A DNA stretch of 64,000 nt from NCBI GenBank assembly GCA_965116875.1, contig OZ220733.1:3488001-3552000 (forward strand). The letters are read 5' to 3'. This stretch comes from Candidatus Latescibacterota bacterium. GTDB lineage: Bacteria > Latescibacterota > UBA2968 > GCA-2709665. This document shows positions 10,545 through 22,181 of the stretch, in pieces. Within the stretch, counting starts at the first letter, position 1. Each line of letters begins with the position of its first letter. The position numbers were made by a program, and so were the translations under genes. Below the pieces are notes generated by a model. That model had not been told where the DNA came from. It was given only the letters and a program-made list of their open reading frames with translations, and made no database searches.

Positions 10545-12644
10545 ATGAGGCATTTTACCTCCATCATCGTATTGACTGTTGTCTTCCTGCAACCGCTTTT
10601 TGCCCAGGACTTCAGCAATCCCAATGCGTATCGGACGCGGGATCTTCCTGAAGGAGCGATCGCCCGGCTCGGAAAGGGATCCATTGGCCAGGGAGACCGG
10701 TCGATTGCATTTTCGCCGGATGGTGAACTCGTTGCGGTGGCCAGTGGCATAGGTGCATGGCTGTACAATGTTAAGGACCCGGAAACATTCACCTGGTTTC
10801 CCGCCGACGTTGTCCACTCGGTGTCTTTTTCTCCCGACGGGACAAAGCTCGTTACGGCAGGAGGTATGTGGGGGAAGGGTGAGGTGATACTTTGGGACGT
10901 GGCAACGGGAACCCCCAGCCGAATTGAAAGTGGTGGGTCCATCGTCGATGTCTCGTTTTCGCCGGATGGCCGAACTCTCGCATACGCCGCACGTGGAGGG
11001 CCGGTGGTTAAACTCCGGGATGTGTCCTCTCGTACTGTTGTGACCACCGAAGGGAGATATGATTTCCGCGTGGCGTGTCTCGCGTATTCGCCGGATGGCG
11101 CCATCATCGCCACGGGACTTGGGAACGGCACGATCATGCTTTGGGACGTTGCAACGCGCACTCTCGCCGCCACACTTTCCGGCCACAATGGAGAGGTCTA
11201 CTCCGTAGCTTTCTCGCCGAACGGCAACACCCTGGCCTCAGGCGCTTCTGACGAAATCGTCAAACTATGGGACGTTGCATCACGTACGAACTTCGAGACG
11301 CTCGAGGTAAACTCCCCTGTGACGACCGTCGCGTTTTCTTCTGACGGTTCTCTTGTCGCCGCCGGTACATGGTTCCTGAGAGTCAAACTCTGGAACGCAA
11401 CCACGGGTCATGAAGTAGATGCATTCACCGACCATCGCGCTCTGGTCCGCGGGATTTCATTTTCTCCGGACGGGACGACGCTCGCTTCCGTTTCCGAAGA
11501 TGGAGCGGTTGTGCTGAGGGATCTCGCCGCAAAAACCGTGACGACCATTGACGGCCATTCGGCGTCGGTTTTGCGTCTGGCGTTTTCACCGGACGGCGCC
11601 ACGCTGGCGTCCTATAACAGTTCGTATGGGTCAGGAATCAAAATTTGGGATACGGCAACACGACGCAAGATCACGACGCTTCGCGGGCATTATGGCTTAC
11701 CGATCTCATCGATATCCATTTCACACGATGGAAATACCCTCGCTTCGGCATCCGGCAATAAAGTCATCCTTTGGGACCTGGACACGTATACAGATTTCGC
11801 ACATCTGGATCACGAGGATGGGCCATCTGCGGTGTCGTTTTCACCCGATGGCGCGGTTCTGGCCACCGGAGGCTGGCCGGGATGGGTAAGGCTTTGGAAC
11901 GTCCGAACACAAGAACAGACCACTCGTGTGACTGGACTGAGCGACGCTGTCAAGGAGTTGGAATTCTCGTCGGACGGAAAACTTCTGGCTTCGGGTCTGG
12001 ACAACGGTGAGATAAGGACCTGGGACCTGTCCACGGGCAAGACCGCGGCCGTCCTGAACGGGCTTACGAGTTACGTACTCTCAGTTGCCTTCTCTTCCGA
12101 CGTCACAAAGCTTTATGCCGGTTCGTACAGTGAATCGGTGAAGGTATGGAACCTGGAGACTGGCTCGACGATCGTGACGCGAAGCCCGGAGTTGTTTGAA
12201 AGAGTCGCGTTCTCACCGGACAGGACCATGTTCGCCACCGGTTCGCAGGATGGCAATGTAAGGCTCTTCGACATGTCGACGGGGGAGATCGTCTCCACCT
12301 TCGAAGGGCATGCGCACTGGGTCAGCAGCGTGTCGTTCTCCCAGGACGGCGAGACCCTCGCGTCCGGATCTTATGATGGGACGATTCTGTTTTGGGATCT
12401 GACTCAGGTCGACGGGTCTCAAACACCCGGTCCCGATATCGACGGGGCCCGCTTTGGTCCCGATTTCGATGGCGATGGCACCGTTGGCTTTACCGACTTC
12501 GTTCAATTTGCGGCGAATTTCGGGTTAAGTCAGGGCGATCTGGGCTACGACGAACGGTACGATCTGGATGACGACGGGCAGGTAGGTCTTTCGGACTATC
12601 TGATATTTGCGAAGAACTTCGGCCGACAGACGGAATCCAACTAA
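10545..12644 (+). CDS. Secreted WD40 repeat protein with C-terminal dockerin-like EF-hand domain (paralog 2)
   Basis: AAGGAG RBS before ATG 10545; MRHFTSII...LFAQ signal; WD40 repeats; PDFDGDGTVGFTDF tail. Confidence 0.9.
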   Translation: MRHFTSIIVLTVVFLQPLFAQDFSNPNAYRTRDLPEGAIARLGKGSIGQGDRSIAFSPDGELVAVASGIGAWLYNVKDPETFTWFPADVVHSVSFSPDGTKLVTAGGMWGKGEVILWDVATGTPSRIESGGSIVDVSFSPDGRTLAYAARGGPVVKLRDVSSRTVVTTEGRYDFRVACLAYSPDGAIIATGLGNGTIMLWDVATRTLAATLSGHNGEVYSVAFSPNGNTLASGASDEIVKLWDVASRTNFETLEVNSPVTTVAFSSDGSLVAAGTWFLRVKLWNATTGHEVDAFTDHRALVRGISFSPDGTTLASVSEDGAVVLRDLAAKTVTTIDGHSASVLRLAFSPDGATLASYNSSYGSGIKIWDTATRRKITTLRGHYGLPISSISISHDGNTLASASGNKVILWDLDTYTDFAHLDHEDGPSAVSFSPDGAVLATGGWPGWVRLWNVRTQEQTTRVTGLSDAVKELEFSSDGKLLASGLDNGEIRTWDLSTGKTAAVLNGLTSYVLSVAFSSDVTKLYAGSYSESVKVWNLETGSTIVTRSPELFERVAFSPDRTMFATGSQDGNVRLFDMSTGEIVSTFEGHAHWVSSVSFSQDGETLASGSYDGTILFWDLTQVDGSQTPGPDIDGARFGPDFDGDGTVGFTDFVQFAANFGLSQGDLGYDERYDLDDDGQVGLSDYLIFAKNFGRQTESN

Positions 12645-12747
12645 AGCAAGATCGAAGGCATAGGATGCTATACACGTCCTGGACGTCCATGTCATACCGT
12701 GTTTCGCAGGCATACGTTCTTTAAGCAATATCGGAAGGAAACCGGGG

Positions 12748-14844
12748 ATGAAGCATTTTACCACCGTCATCGTGCTGACAGTTGTCTTCCTGCAACCGCT
12801 TTTCGCCCAGGACTTCAGTAATCCCAATGCGTATCGGACGCGGGATCTTCCTGAAGGAGCGATCGCCCGACTTGGAAGGGGGGCCATTGGCCACGGAGAC
12901 CGGGCTGTTGCATTTTCACCGGACGGCGAGCTTGTTGCGGTGGCCAGCGGCATTGGCGTCTGGCTGTACAATGTTAAGGACCCGGAAACAGCCACCCGGT
13001 TTCCCGCCGACGTTGTCCATTCGGTGTCTTTTTCGCCCGACGGGACAAAGCTTGTCTCGGCAGGAGGTATGTGGGGGAAGGGCGAGGTGATACTATGGGA
13101 TGTGGCAACGGGGGCCCCCAGCCGGATTGAGAGTGGCGGAGACATTGTCGATGTCTCGTTTTCGCCGGACGGCAGAACCATCGCATACAGTGCACGTGGA
13201 GGGCCGATGGTTAAACTCCGGGATGTGTCCTCGCGGACTGTTGCGACCACCCAGGGGCGGTACGATTTCGGCTTTACCAGTCTGTCGTTTTCACCGGATG
13301 GCGCCCTCATCGCAACGGGACATGAGAACGGCACGGTCATGCTGTGGGATGTGGCAACACGCACGCTTGCCGCCACGCTTGCCGGCCACAGTGGAGAGGT
13401 CTATACCATAGCTTTCTCACCGGACGGCAGTACCCTTGCCTCCGGTGCTTCTGACCAAACCGCCAAACTATGGGACGTTGCAACGCGCACGAATATCTCG
13501 ACGCTCGCGGTAAACAGGCTTGTGACGACCGTGGCGTTTTCTTCCGATGGTTCCCTCATCGCCACAGGAACAAGCTTCCTCAATGTCAAACTCTGGAACG
13601 CAACAACGGGTCGAAATCTGGATACGTTCAACGACCATCGAGCCCTGGTTCGCGCGGTTGCGTTCTCTCCGGACGGAACGACGCTCGCCTCTATTGCCGA
13701 CGATGGCTCGGCTGTGTTGAGGGATCTGACGGCAGGGAACATTACACCCATTGCCGGCCACTGGGGAACGGTTACGGGTATGGCATTTTCACCGGATGGC
13801 GCCACAGTGGCGTTCACTAACGGTTCATATGGGTCGGGGGTCAAAATATGGGACACTGCAACGCGACGCAAGGTCACGACGCTTCGCGGACATTATGGCT
13901 TACCGATCTCATCGATATCCATTTCACACGATGGAACGACCCTTGCGTCGGCGTCCGGCAATAAAGTTATCCTTTGGGACCTGGACACGAATACGGATTT
14001 TGCGCATCTGGATCACGAGGATCTACCATCTGAGGTGTCGTTTTCACCCGATGGCGCTGTTCTGGCCACCGGAGGCTGGCCGGGATGGGTGAACCTCTGG
14101 AACGTCCGAACGCAAGAACAGACCACTCGTGTGACGGAACTGAGCGACGCTGTCAAGGAGTTGGAATTCTCGTCGGACGGAAAACTCCTGGCTTCGGGTC
14201 TGAACAACGGTGAGATAAGGACCTGGGACCTGTCCACGGGCAAGACCGCGGCCGTCCTGAACGGGTTTACGAGTTACGTACTCTCAGTTGCCTTCTCTTC
14301 CGACGTCACAAAGCTATATGCCGGTTCGTACAGAGAATCGGTGAAGGTATGGAACCTGGAGACCGGGACGACAATCACGACACGAAAACCAGAGAGATTC
14401 GCAAAGGTCGCGTTCTCACCGGACAGGACGATGTTCGCTACAGACTCGTGGGAAGGCAACGTAAGGCTCTTCGACATGTCGACGGGAGAGATCCTCTCCA
14501 CCTTCGAAGGGCATGCGCACATCGTCACCAGCCTGATATTCCTACCTGACGGCAAGACCCTCGCGTCGGGATCTGCTGACGGCACGATCCTGTTTTGGGA
14601 TCTGACTCAGGTCGACGGGTCTCAAACACCCGGTCCCGATATCGACGGGGCCCGCTTTGGTCCCGATTTCGATGGCGATGGCACCGTTGGCTTTACCGAC
14701 TTCGTTCAATTTGCGGCGAATTTCGGGTTGAGTCAGGGCGATCTGGGCTACGACGAACGGTACGATCTGGATGACGACGGCCTGGTGGGACTTTCGGACT
14801 ATCTGATATTCGCGAAGAACTTCGGGAAGACCGCTGGGGACTAG
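12748..14844 (+). CDS. Secreted WD40 repeat protein with C-terminal dockerin-like EF-hand domain (paralog 3)
   Basis: Near-identical architecture and long near-identical DNA stretches with 10545-12644. Confidence 0.9.
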   Translation: MKHFTTVIVLTVVFLQPLFAQDFSNPNAYRTRDLPEGAIARLGRGAIGHGDRAVAFSPDGELVAVASGIGVWLYNVKDPETATRFPADVVHSVSFSPDGTKLVSAGGMWGKGEVILWDVATGAPSRIESGGDIVDVSFSPDGRTIAYSARGGPMVKLRDVSSRTVATTQGRYDFGFTSLSFSPDGALIATGHENGTVMLWDVATRTLAATLAGHSGEVYTIAFSPDGSTLASGASDQTAKLWDVATRTNISTLAVNRLVTTVAFSSDGSLIATGTSFLNVKLWNATTGRNLDTFNDHRALVRAVAFSPDGTTLASIADDGSAVLRDLTAGNITPIAGHWGTVTGMAFSPDGATVAFTNGSYGSGVKIWDTATRRKVTTLRGHYGLPISSISISHDGTTLASASGNKVILWDLDTNTDFAHLDHEDLPSEVSFSPDGAVLATGGWPGWVNLWNVRTQEQTTRVTELSDAVKELEFSSDGKLLASGLNNGEIRTWDLSTGKTAAVLNGFTSYVLSVAFSSDVTKLYAGSYRESVKVWNLETGTTITTRKPERFAKVAFSPDRTMFATDSWEGNVRLFDMSTGEILSTFEGHAHIVTSLIFLPDGKTLASGSADGTILFWDLTQVDGSQTPGPDIDGARFGPDFDGDGTVGFTDFVQFAANFGLSQGDLGYDERYDLDDDGLVGLSDYLIFAKNFGKTAGD

Positions 14845-14954
14845 AAAATTGTGAGGAAGGGAATTGCGATACTTGTGGAGGGGTGTTGCGGACTGCTCAG
14901 GCAGGTCTCTGACGGATCTCGTTTCAGATTGAAAATCCAGTCGGGCACGCGTGA

Positions 14955-15941
14955 TCACGCACACACGGGATCATCCACCTTCCAGCGATTGTACGTGGGA
15001 TCCGCGCTTCTGGCCAGCGTGCTTCTCGCCTCGTGCCACAGCCTCGCCCATTCTTCAGGGTCGTGCAGTTCGCTTTCCGGATTCGAGCGGCTGCGCGCGA
15101 TGAATCCCGGAAATGACCCGCGTCCCGTGGGCTGGCCGATGGGGTTGTAGCGCAGGTCGAAACTCCAGCGGATGTTGTCGCTCTTGTTTGGAAGCGACGA
15201 GTGGCAGTTCAGACGGTGGAAGAACAACACGTCGCCGCGTTTCATGGGAAGCACCACCCCGTCTCCCTGTCGCAGCAACCGGTCCGGAATCTGCAGGCCG
15301 AATCCCCGGGACATCGTCGCGGTTGCGTGGCAGTGATGAAGCAGTCCCTCCCGGTGGCTCCGCGGAATGACCTCCAGGCAGCCGTTCTCGACGGTCGCGT
15401 CCCACAGGCCGAACCACACGGTCAGCATATTCGTCTCATCGGCTTCCGGCCTCACAACGCCCGTATCCTGGTGCCAGGGCGTGGCGCCCAGTTGAACGCG
15501 TCCCGCATCGTTGACGGGACACAGGTGCTCCGGCGGTTTGAGGCGGACGTGCTGCACGGGATTGGAATAGATCTCGGGACCGATCAGGGATTCTACGGCA
15601 TCCAGCAGCTTCTCATTCCGCAATAGCCGGAACACCTCCGGTCCCACCCACATCGGCGTATCCGCACAAACGTTCTTCTGCGGAAGCGAAAAGTCGAAAT
15701 ACTGGGCGTGAACCTTGCCCGACTCCGCGTAAACCTTCGTCAGCCGGTCACCGAACGGAAGATCGTCGTACGTCGAAGCAATGTCTCCGTTTTCGTACAG
15801 TTCGCAGACAAGCCGGTCCAGAACGCCCGCGTACTCCTCGATCACCGGATCCAGGTCCTCTTCAGGGTCAAACAGACCTCTCACGACCAGATACCCCTGC
15901 GCCTCGAACTCCGCGACCTGCGCTTCGGTTAGATGTGCCAT
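14955..15941 (-). CDS. Phytanoyl-CoA dioxygenase (PhyH) family Fe(II)/2-oxoglutarate dioxygenase
   Basis: MAHLTEAQVAEFEAQGYLVV start; TPWHQD, ATVENGCLEVIPRSH, H.SLPN.S..IRWSFDLRY motifs. Confidence 0.88.
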   Translation of the reverse strand: MAHLTEAQVAEFEAQGYLVVRGLFDPEEDLDPVIEEYAGVLDRLVCELYENGDIASTYDDLPFGDRLTKVYAESGKVHAQYFDFSLPQKNVCADTPMWVGPEVFRLLRNEKLLDAVESLIGPEIYSNPVQHVRLKPPEHLCPVNDAGRVQLGATPWHQDTGVVRPEADETNMLTVWFGLWDATVENGCLEVIPRSHREGLLHHCHATATMSRGFGLQIPDRLLRQGDGVVLPMKRGDVLFFHRLNCHSSLPNKSDNIRWSFDLRYNPIGQPTGRGSFPGFIARSRSNPESELHDPEEWARLWHEARSTLARSADPTYNRWKVDDPVCA

Positions 15942-16169
15942 CTCTGCAAATCCCTTCAATTCGCTGAACGGCGAACAAATCTCCGCACGTACCCCAACGG
16001 ATACCCCCACCCATTCCGCTATCGAATATACGCCCGTGTCCGTCTTTTGGGAAGATGGAAAATCGACGTACCCGTCGCAAATACCCATTCCATATCTTCG
16101 TCGACCGTCGCGACGTGCGAACGAACGCCTTTCGACATTCTCAGAAACCATTGCTCGAAATCTGAGCCG

Positions 16170-16366
16170 CTCCCTGAGCTTGTGGTCCCTGAGCCTGTCG
16201 AAGGGTCGGCGAAGGTCATTGATGAGGCCCAAACAGGGAGAAAAGGACTATGGCGTACGATCTAAACGCGAAGCCGTCTCAATCACTCCCCCCTTGAGGG
16301 GGAGTCGCAGAAGCCGAGCCGTTCCCTGAGCTTGTGATCCCTGAGCCTGTCGAAGGGTCGAAGGGC
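16170..16366. repeat. Palindromic REP-like cluster: two ccctgagcttgtg.tccctgagcctgtcgaaggg units and an actcccccttgagggggagt hairpin
   Basis: Direct duplication at ~16171 and ~16323; related ctgagcctgtcgaag/cttgtcgaagcaagcctg units at ~51371 and ~55030. Confidence 0.7.
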
Positions 16367-16550
16367 CGGCGATAGCTGATGCGGTGGGGGGTGCTGTTGC
16401 TTGCTCCGGCGCGACAGCATTGGAAATTGATGATAGGGCCAAGCTACGAATTCATCGGATCGGTTTGGCATCCGCGTCCAGGTCTATGAGGTCCACAGAC
16501 CGTGCGAGTTACAGTACCTGCTCGTCCACCCGGATGCCTACGTCATGGCA

Positions 16551-16863
16551 GGGCACCCACAAGGGACGCCCCTACAATCTCAATTAATCATCCGACCACA
16601 TAGCGAATTGTTCGCTCGGTACCGTGTAGGGGCGTCCCTTGTGGGCGCCCTGCTTTTCGCCTCTGCTTGCCTGTCCGTTTCCGACATTACGTATTCGTGG
16701 GTCCACGTCTCCCGATACGTCACCGCCTCCCGCCATGGGGCGTTGTAGATCAGTTTCTTCAGTGGCGGCGTGATGCTTGCTGATCCTGGGTCGATAGCTG
16801 GCGGCGATTCATTTCCTGGAACGTCACCCGTTATCAATGTAGGGGCAACCCTTGTGGGCGCCC
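16551..16863. repeat. GTAG-type REP elements: an inverted pair (REPIN-like) plus a third copy
   Basis: gggcacccacaagggacgcccctaca (16551-16576) is inverted relative to tgtaggggcgtcccttgtgggcgccc (16625-16650); third copy at 16838-16863. Confidence 0.8.
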
Positions 16864-16944
16864 ATTGTTTTCATCGCTCCACCCTCAAGAGCTTCGGTTT
16901 CTCGAATCACGCTCTGCGCCGGGTGAGGTCGCATTCCAAAACCA

Positions 16945-16978
16945 AAACAGGCTTGCGCGGTGTCGCGCAAGCCTGTTT
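16945..16978 (-). terminator. Intrinsic terminator hairpin downstream of tRNA-Ala
   Basis: aaacaggcttgcgcg-gtgt-cgcgcaagcctgttt perfect stem, T-run on the minus strand. Confidence 0.8.
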
Positions 16979-16988
16979 CCGTATTCAT

Positions 16989-17064
16989 TGGTGGAGCTGA
17001 TCGGGATCGAACCGACGACCTCATGACTGCCAGTCATGCGCTCTCCCAGCTGAGCTACAGCCCC
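16989..17064 (-). tRNA. tRNA-Ala(GGC)
   Basis: Reverse complement GGGGCTGTAGCTCAGCTGGGAGAGCGCATGACT-GGC-AGTCATGAGGTCGTCGGTTCGATCCCGATCAGCTCCACCA; 76 nt, G3:U70 pair, CCA end. Confidence 0.97.
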
Positions 17065-17085
17065 ACCGCTGGGCAATGTGGAGGA

Positions 17086-17114
17086 AGTGTAACAAAGCGC
17101 CGGTTTTCTGTCAA
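17086..17114 (-). promoter_or_regulatory. Sigma70 promoter of tRNA-Ala
   Basis: TTGACA-17 nt-TACACT on the minus strand. Confidence 0.75.
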
Positions 17115-17207
17115 GCGAAAAGGCTTGAATCGGGCGCGTCGGGAAGGGGAAACCGAGCGCGAGGGTGCACGATTGTTATGCAGGAAAGGCTTCGCGTCAG
17201 GTAGGTG

Positions 17208-19295
<2,088 letters not shown>

Positions 19296-19306
19296 CTAAA
19301 GTGCGC

Positions 19307-19337
19307 TTATCTTAAGATAATCAATGAGTTGGGTCAA
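19307..19337 (-). promoter_or_regulatory. Putative ligA promoter with a 14-bp palindrome over the -10 box
   Basis: TTGACC-17 nt-TAAGAT on the minus strand; TTATCTTAAGATAA perfect palindrome at 19307-19320. Confidence 0.5.
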
Positions 19338-19378
19338 GCGTTAACACGCTTGCGCCGGACTGATTCCGCGAGGAAACA

Positions 19379-20254
19379 TCAAAGCGTACCCGCGAGGATG
19401 GCCAGCAGCCCCAGCATCATTCCCGCCTTCAGAAACCGGTTGCCCCTGCGGAGGCGGTGTGTGTCCGGAACGCGCAGGACAAAGAACACGATACACGCCA
19501 GCATGACGTCGAGCAGGGAAACGAGGATGAGGTAGGGGAGGCCGTAGAGGCCCATGATGTACGGAACCGGGGTGAGCAGGACCAGAAACGCGTAGATCCC
19601 GGCGGCCAGGCGGCAGGAACTGCGCGGCCCCCAGCGAAGGGGCAGGGTTCCGCCGGGCGCGATGCGGTCCCCAGGGATATCCTGAGCGTCTTTGAGGATT
19701 TCCCTCCCAAGATGGTAGACGGTCGCAAACAGGGCGGGTACGGCGGCGGGTACCGGGGCGCCCACGGCGAACCCGCCGTAGACAAAAGCCATGCCGCACA
19801 GGAGACTCACCGCGAGATTGCCGGCAAGTGGAACGTGTTTCAGCCGTCGATTGTATACCACGAGACATCCGCACGCGAAGACCGCGGTCGCGATGGCTTC
19901 GGGCGGCAGAAACAGGCTCAGGCCGAGGCCGAACGCCATGAGGACAACGCATTCAGCGGCGGCGGCTTGGGGGGAAAGGCGGTTGGAAGGAAGGGGCCTG
20001 CGCGGATGGTTGACGCGATCCGTTTCCAGGTCCCACAGGTCGTTGAGCGCGTTGCCTCCGGCCATGACGGCCGCCGCGGAGAACGCGGCGATCCAGAGAT
20101 GCGCGGGCAGCGCGTGTACGCCCAGCCACCCGCCCATCAGCACGGAAGCCAGGGTGATCAGGCAGTTCTGCGGGCGCGTGATCTGAAATACCGCGCGGAA
20201 GGCGTCGGCTACGGAAAGGTCAGACCGGAGCGGCGCCGGATTCCTCGAAGACAT
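19379..20254 (-). CDS. UbiA-family prenyltransferase, DGGGP-synthase-like
   Basis: ITRPQN, GGNALNDLWDLETDRVNHPRRPLPS, REILKDAQDIPGD Asp-rich motifs; multiple TM helices. Confidence 0.85.
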   Translation of the reverse strand: MSSRNPAPLRSDLSVADAFRAVFQITRPQNCLITLASVLMGGWLGVHALPAHLWIAAFSAAAVMAGGNALNDLWDLETDRVNHPRRPLPSNRLSPQAAAAECVVLMAFGLGLSLFLPPEAIATAVFACGCLVVYNRRLKHVPLAGNLAVSLLCGMAFVYGGFAVGAPVPAAVPALFATVYHLGREILKDAQDIPGDRIAPGGTLPLRWGPRSSCRLAAGIYAFLVLLTPVPYIMGLYGLPYLILVSLLDVMLACIVFFVLRVPDTHRLRRGNRFLKAGMMLGLLAILAGTL

Positions 20255-21923
20255 CGGCGGCGTCCCGAATGGAATACCGGTAACCCTGTTCGGTAAGAAA
20301 CATCTGGCGCTTGCGGGCGAATTCCAGTTCCCGGGTATCTCGCGTTACCAGGGTGTAGAAGTGGGCCAGGCTGCCATTGGTCTTGGGTCTGAGAATGCGC
20401 CCCAGCCGCTGGGCTTCTTCCTGCCGGGAACCGAAAGTCCCCGAAATTTGGATGGCGACGTTCGCGTCCGGCAGGTCGACGGCGAAGTTGGCCACCTTGG
20501 AGACGACCATCAGCCGGATATCGCCCTGCCGGAAGCGCGCGTACAACACGTCGCGTTCCTCACTCGGGGTCTTGCCGGTGATGACGGGCGCGTTCAGTTC
20601 TCTGGCGAACGCCTCGACCTGGCTGACGTACTTGCCGATGACCAGGATCTGGTCCTGGTCGTGTTTCCGGATGAGTTGTCTGGCCAGTGGAATTTTGGAC
20701 GGGTTTTCCGAGGCGATCCTGAACTTCCCGCGGCCGCCGGCAACGGCGTAGTCCAGGCGCAGGTGCTGGGGTAGCGGGAGGCGGATCTCACGGCACTCCG
20801 CCGTGGCGATCCAGCCCTTGGACTCCAGGTCGCGCCAGGGCACGTCGAAGCGTTTGGGACCGATGAGACTGAAGACGTCCGCTTCCATGCCGTCTTCGCG
20901 CACGAGCGTGGCCGTGAGGCCAAGCCTGCGTCTGGCCTGGAGCTCGGCGGTAAAGCGAAACACGGGCGCGGGCAGCAGGTGCACTTCGTCGTAGATGATG
21001 ATGCCCCAGTTCCCCTGATTGAAAATTGCGAAATGGGGAAACGGGTCGCCCTTTTTCTTTCTGTACGTGAGGATATTGTAGGTGGCGACGGTGATGGGGC
21101 GGATCTCCTTGACCTCTCCCGAATATTCGCCGATCTGGTCCGCCCTCAGGTCCGTCTTGTCCAGGAGTTCAGCCTTCCATTGGCGCGAGGCGGTGATATT
21201 GGTGGTGAGGATGAGCGCCTGCGTCTGCAGACGTTCGATCGCGGCGATACCCACGATGGTCTTGCCTGCGCCGCAGGGCAGAACCACCACCCCGCTGCCG
21301 CCTTCCGGTCCCCCGCCCGCGTGGAAGATCTCCGCGGCCTCCCGCTGGTAGTCGCGCAGCCGGAAGGGCGGGCCGGAGCGGGTGTTCGGAAGCCGCCGAA
21401 GCGTCAGCCGCCGGCCGGGCACGTATCCGGCGAGGTCCTTGACAGGAAAGCCGATTCGGGTGAGCGCCTGCTTCAGGTGGCCGCGGTACAGCAGGTCGAC
21501 TTTGAGGCGCCGCGCGTCAATCCGGCTATTCAAAAATGGCCGCACCGACTTGTGCCGTGAGATTTCCGTGATGAGCAGCGGGTCGTCGGCGGAGAGGATG
21601 AGGTCGTTCCCGGATCGTTCCAGTCGAATTCGACCGTACCGCCCGAGGGTCTCCCGGATTTCAACCGAGACGTTCTGGGGGACGTCGTATTTGCTGAAGG
21701 TTTCGAGAGCGCCGGTAATTTCGTCCGCCGTGATACCCGCGGCTGCGGCGTTCCAGAGCGACAGCGGGCTGATACGGTAGGTATGGATGTATTCCGGGCT
21801 CTTTTCCAGTTCGGCGAAACGTGCCAGTACGTCCCGGGCGGCTTCATAGCGCGGTCCGCCGACCTCCACCAGAACGGTCATGTCGCTCTGCACGATGAGG
21901 GGATTTTGGGAATCGTATGACAT
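20220..21923 (-). CDS. XPB/Rad25-type DNA repair helicase (SF2)
   Basis: NPLIVQSD.T..., SPE.IHTYRI.PLSLWNAAAAG N-domain; LPCGAGKT, DEVH, LGLTAT, QRLGRILR. Confidence 0.93.
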   Translation of the reverse strand: MSYDSQNPLIVQSDMTVLVEVGGPRYEAARDVLARFAELEKSPEYIHTYRISPLSLWNAAAAGITADEITGALETFSKYDVPQNVSVEIRETLGRYGRIRLERSGNDLILSADDPLLITEISRHKSVRPFLNSRIDARRLKVDLLYRGHLKQALTRIGFPVKDLAGYVPGRRLTLRRLPNTRSGPPFRLRDYQREAAEIFHAGGGPEGGSGVVVLPCGAGKTIVGIAAIERLQTQALILTTNITASRQWKAELLDKTDLRADQIGEYSGEVKEIRPITVATYNILTYRKKKGDPFPHFAIFNQGNWGIIIYDEVHLLPAPVFRFTAELQARRRLGLTATLVREDGMEADVFSLIGPKRFDVPWRDLESKGWIATAECREIRLPLPQHLRLDYAVAGGRGKFRIASENPSKIPLARQLIRKHDQDQILVIGKYVSQVEAFARELNAPVITGKTPSEERDVLYARFRQGDIRLMVVSKVANFAVDLPDANVAIQISGTFGSRQEEAQRLGRILRPKTNGSLAHFYTLVTRDTRELEFARKRQMFLTEQGYRYSIRDAADVFEESGAAPV

Positions 21924-22181
21924 AGAGGCTGGAGACGGGCGTGCAGTCTCCGGGAGAAAGCCGGGAAGGTTGGAACGCTGTTCAGGAAGATCTGCGCAAA
22001 CGGGATCGACCGTCCGAAACCGGCGTCCGATCCGCCACCGGACCCGTCCGGATGGAGGTCTTCAGCGACCGGACGTGAACCGGGTCTGCGCCGTGCAAGA
22101 CATACAAGGATACATAGGGGAGGCAAAATTGTCAATTGGTTTCCCGCAGGCCGGAACCACGAGCAGATTAAAGAAAATAAT

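Noticed and set aside
7157-14844. Diversity-generating retroelement acting on the WD40 genes
   Set aside because: No reverse transcriptase in the window, and differences between copies are not adenine-specific in the segments I compared.
15942-16232. N-terminal extension of the PhyH ORF
   Set aside because: Runs through REP-derived sequence; family similarity begins at MAHLTEAQ.
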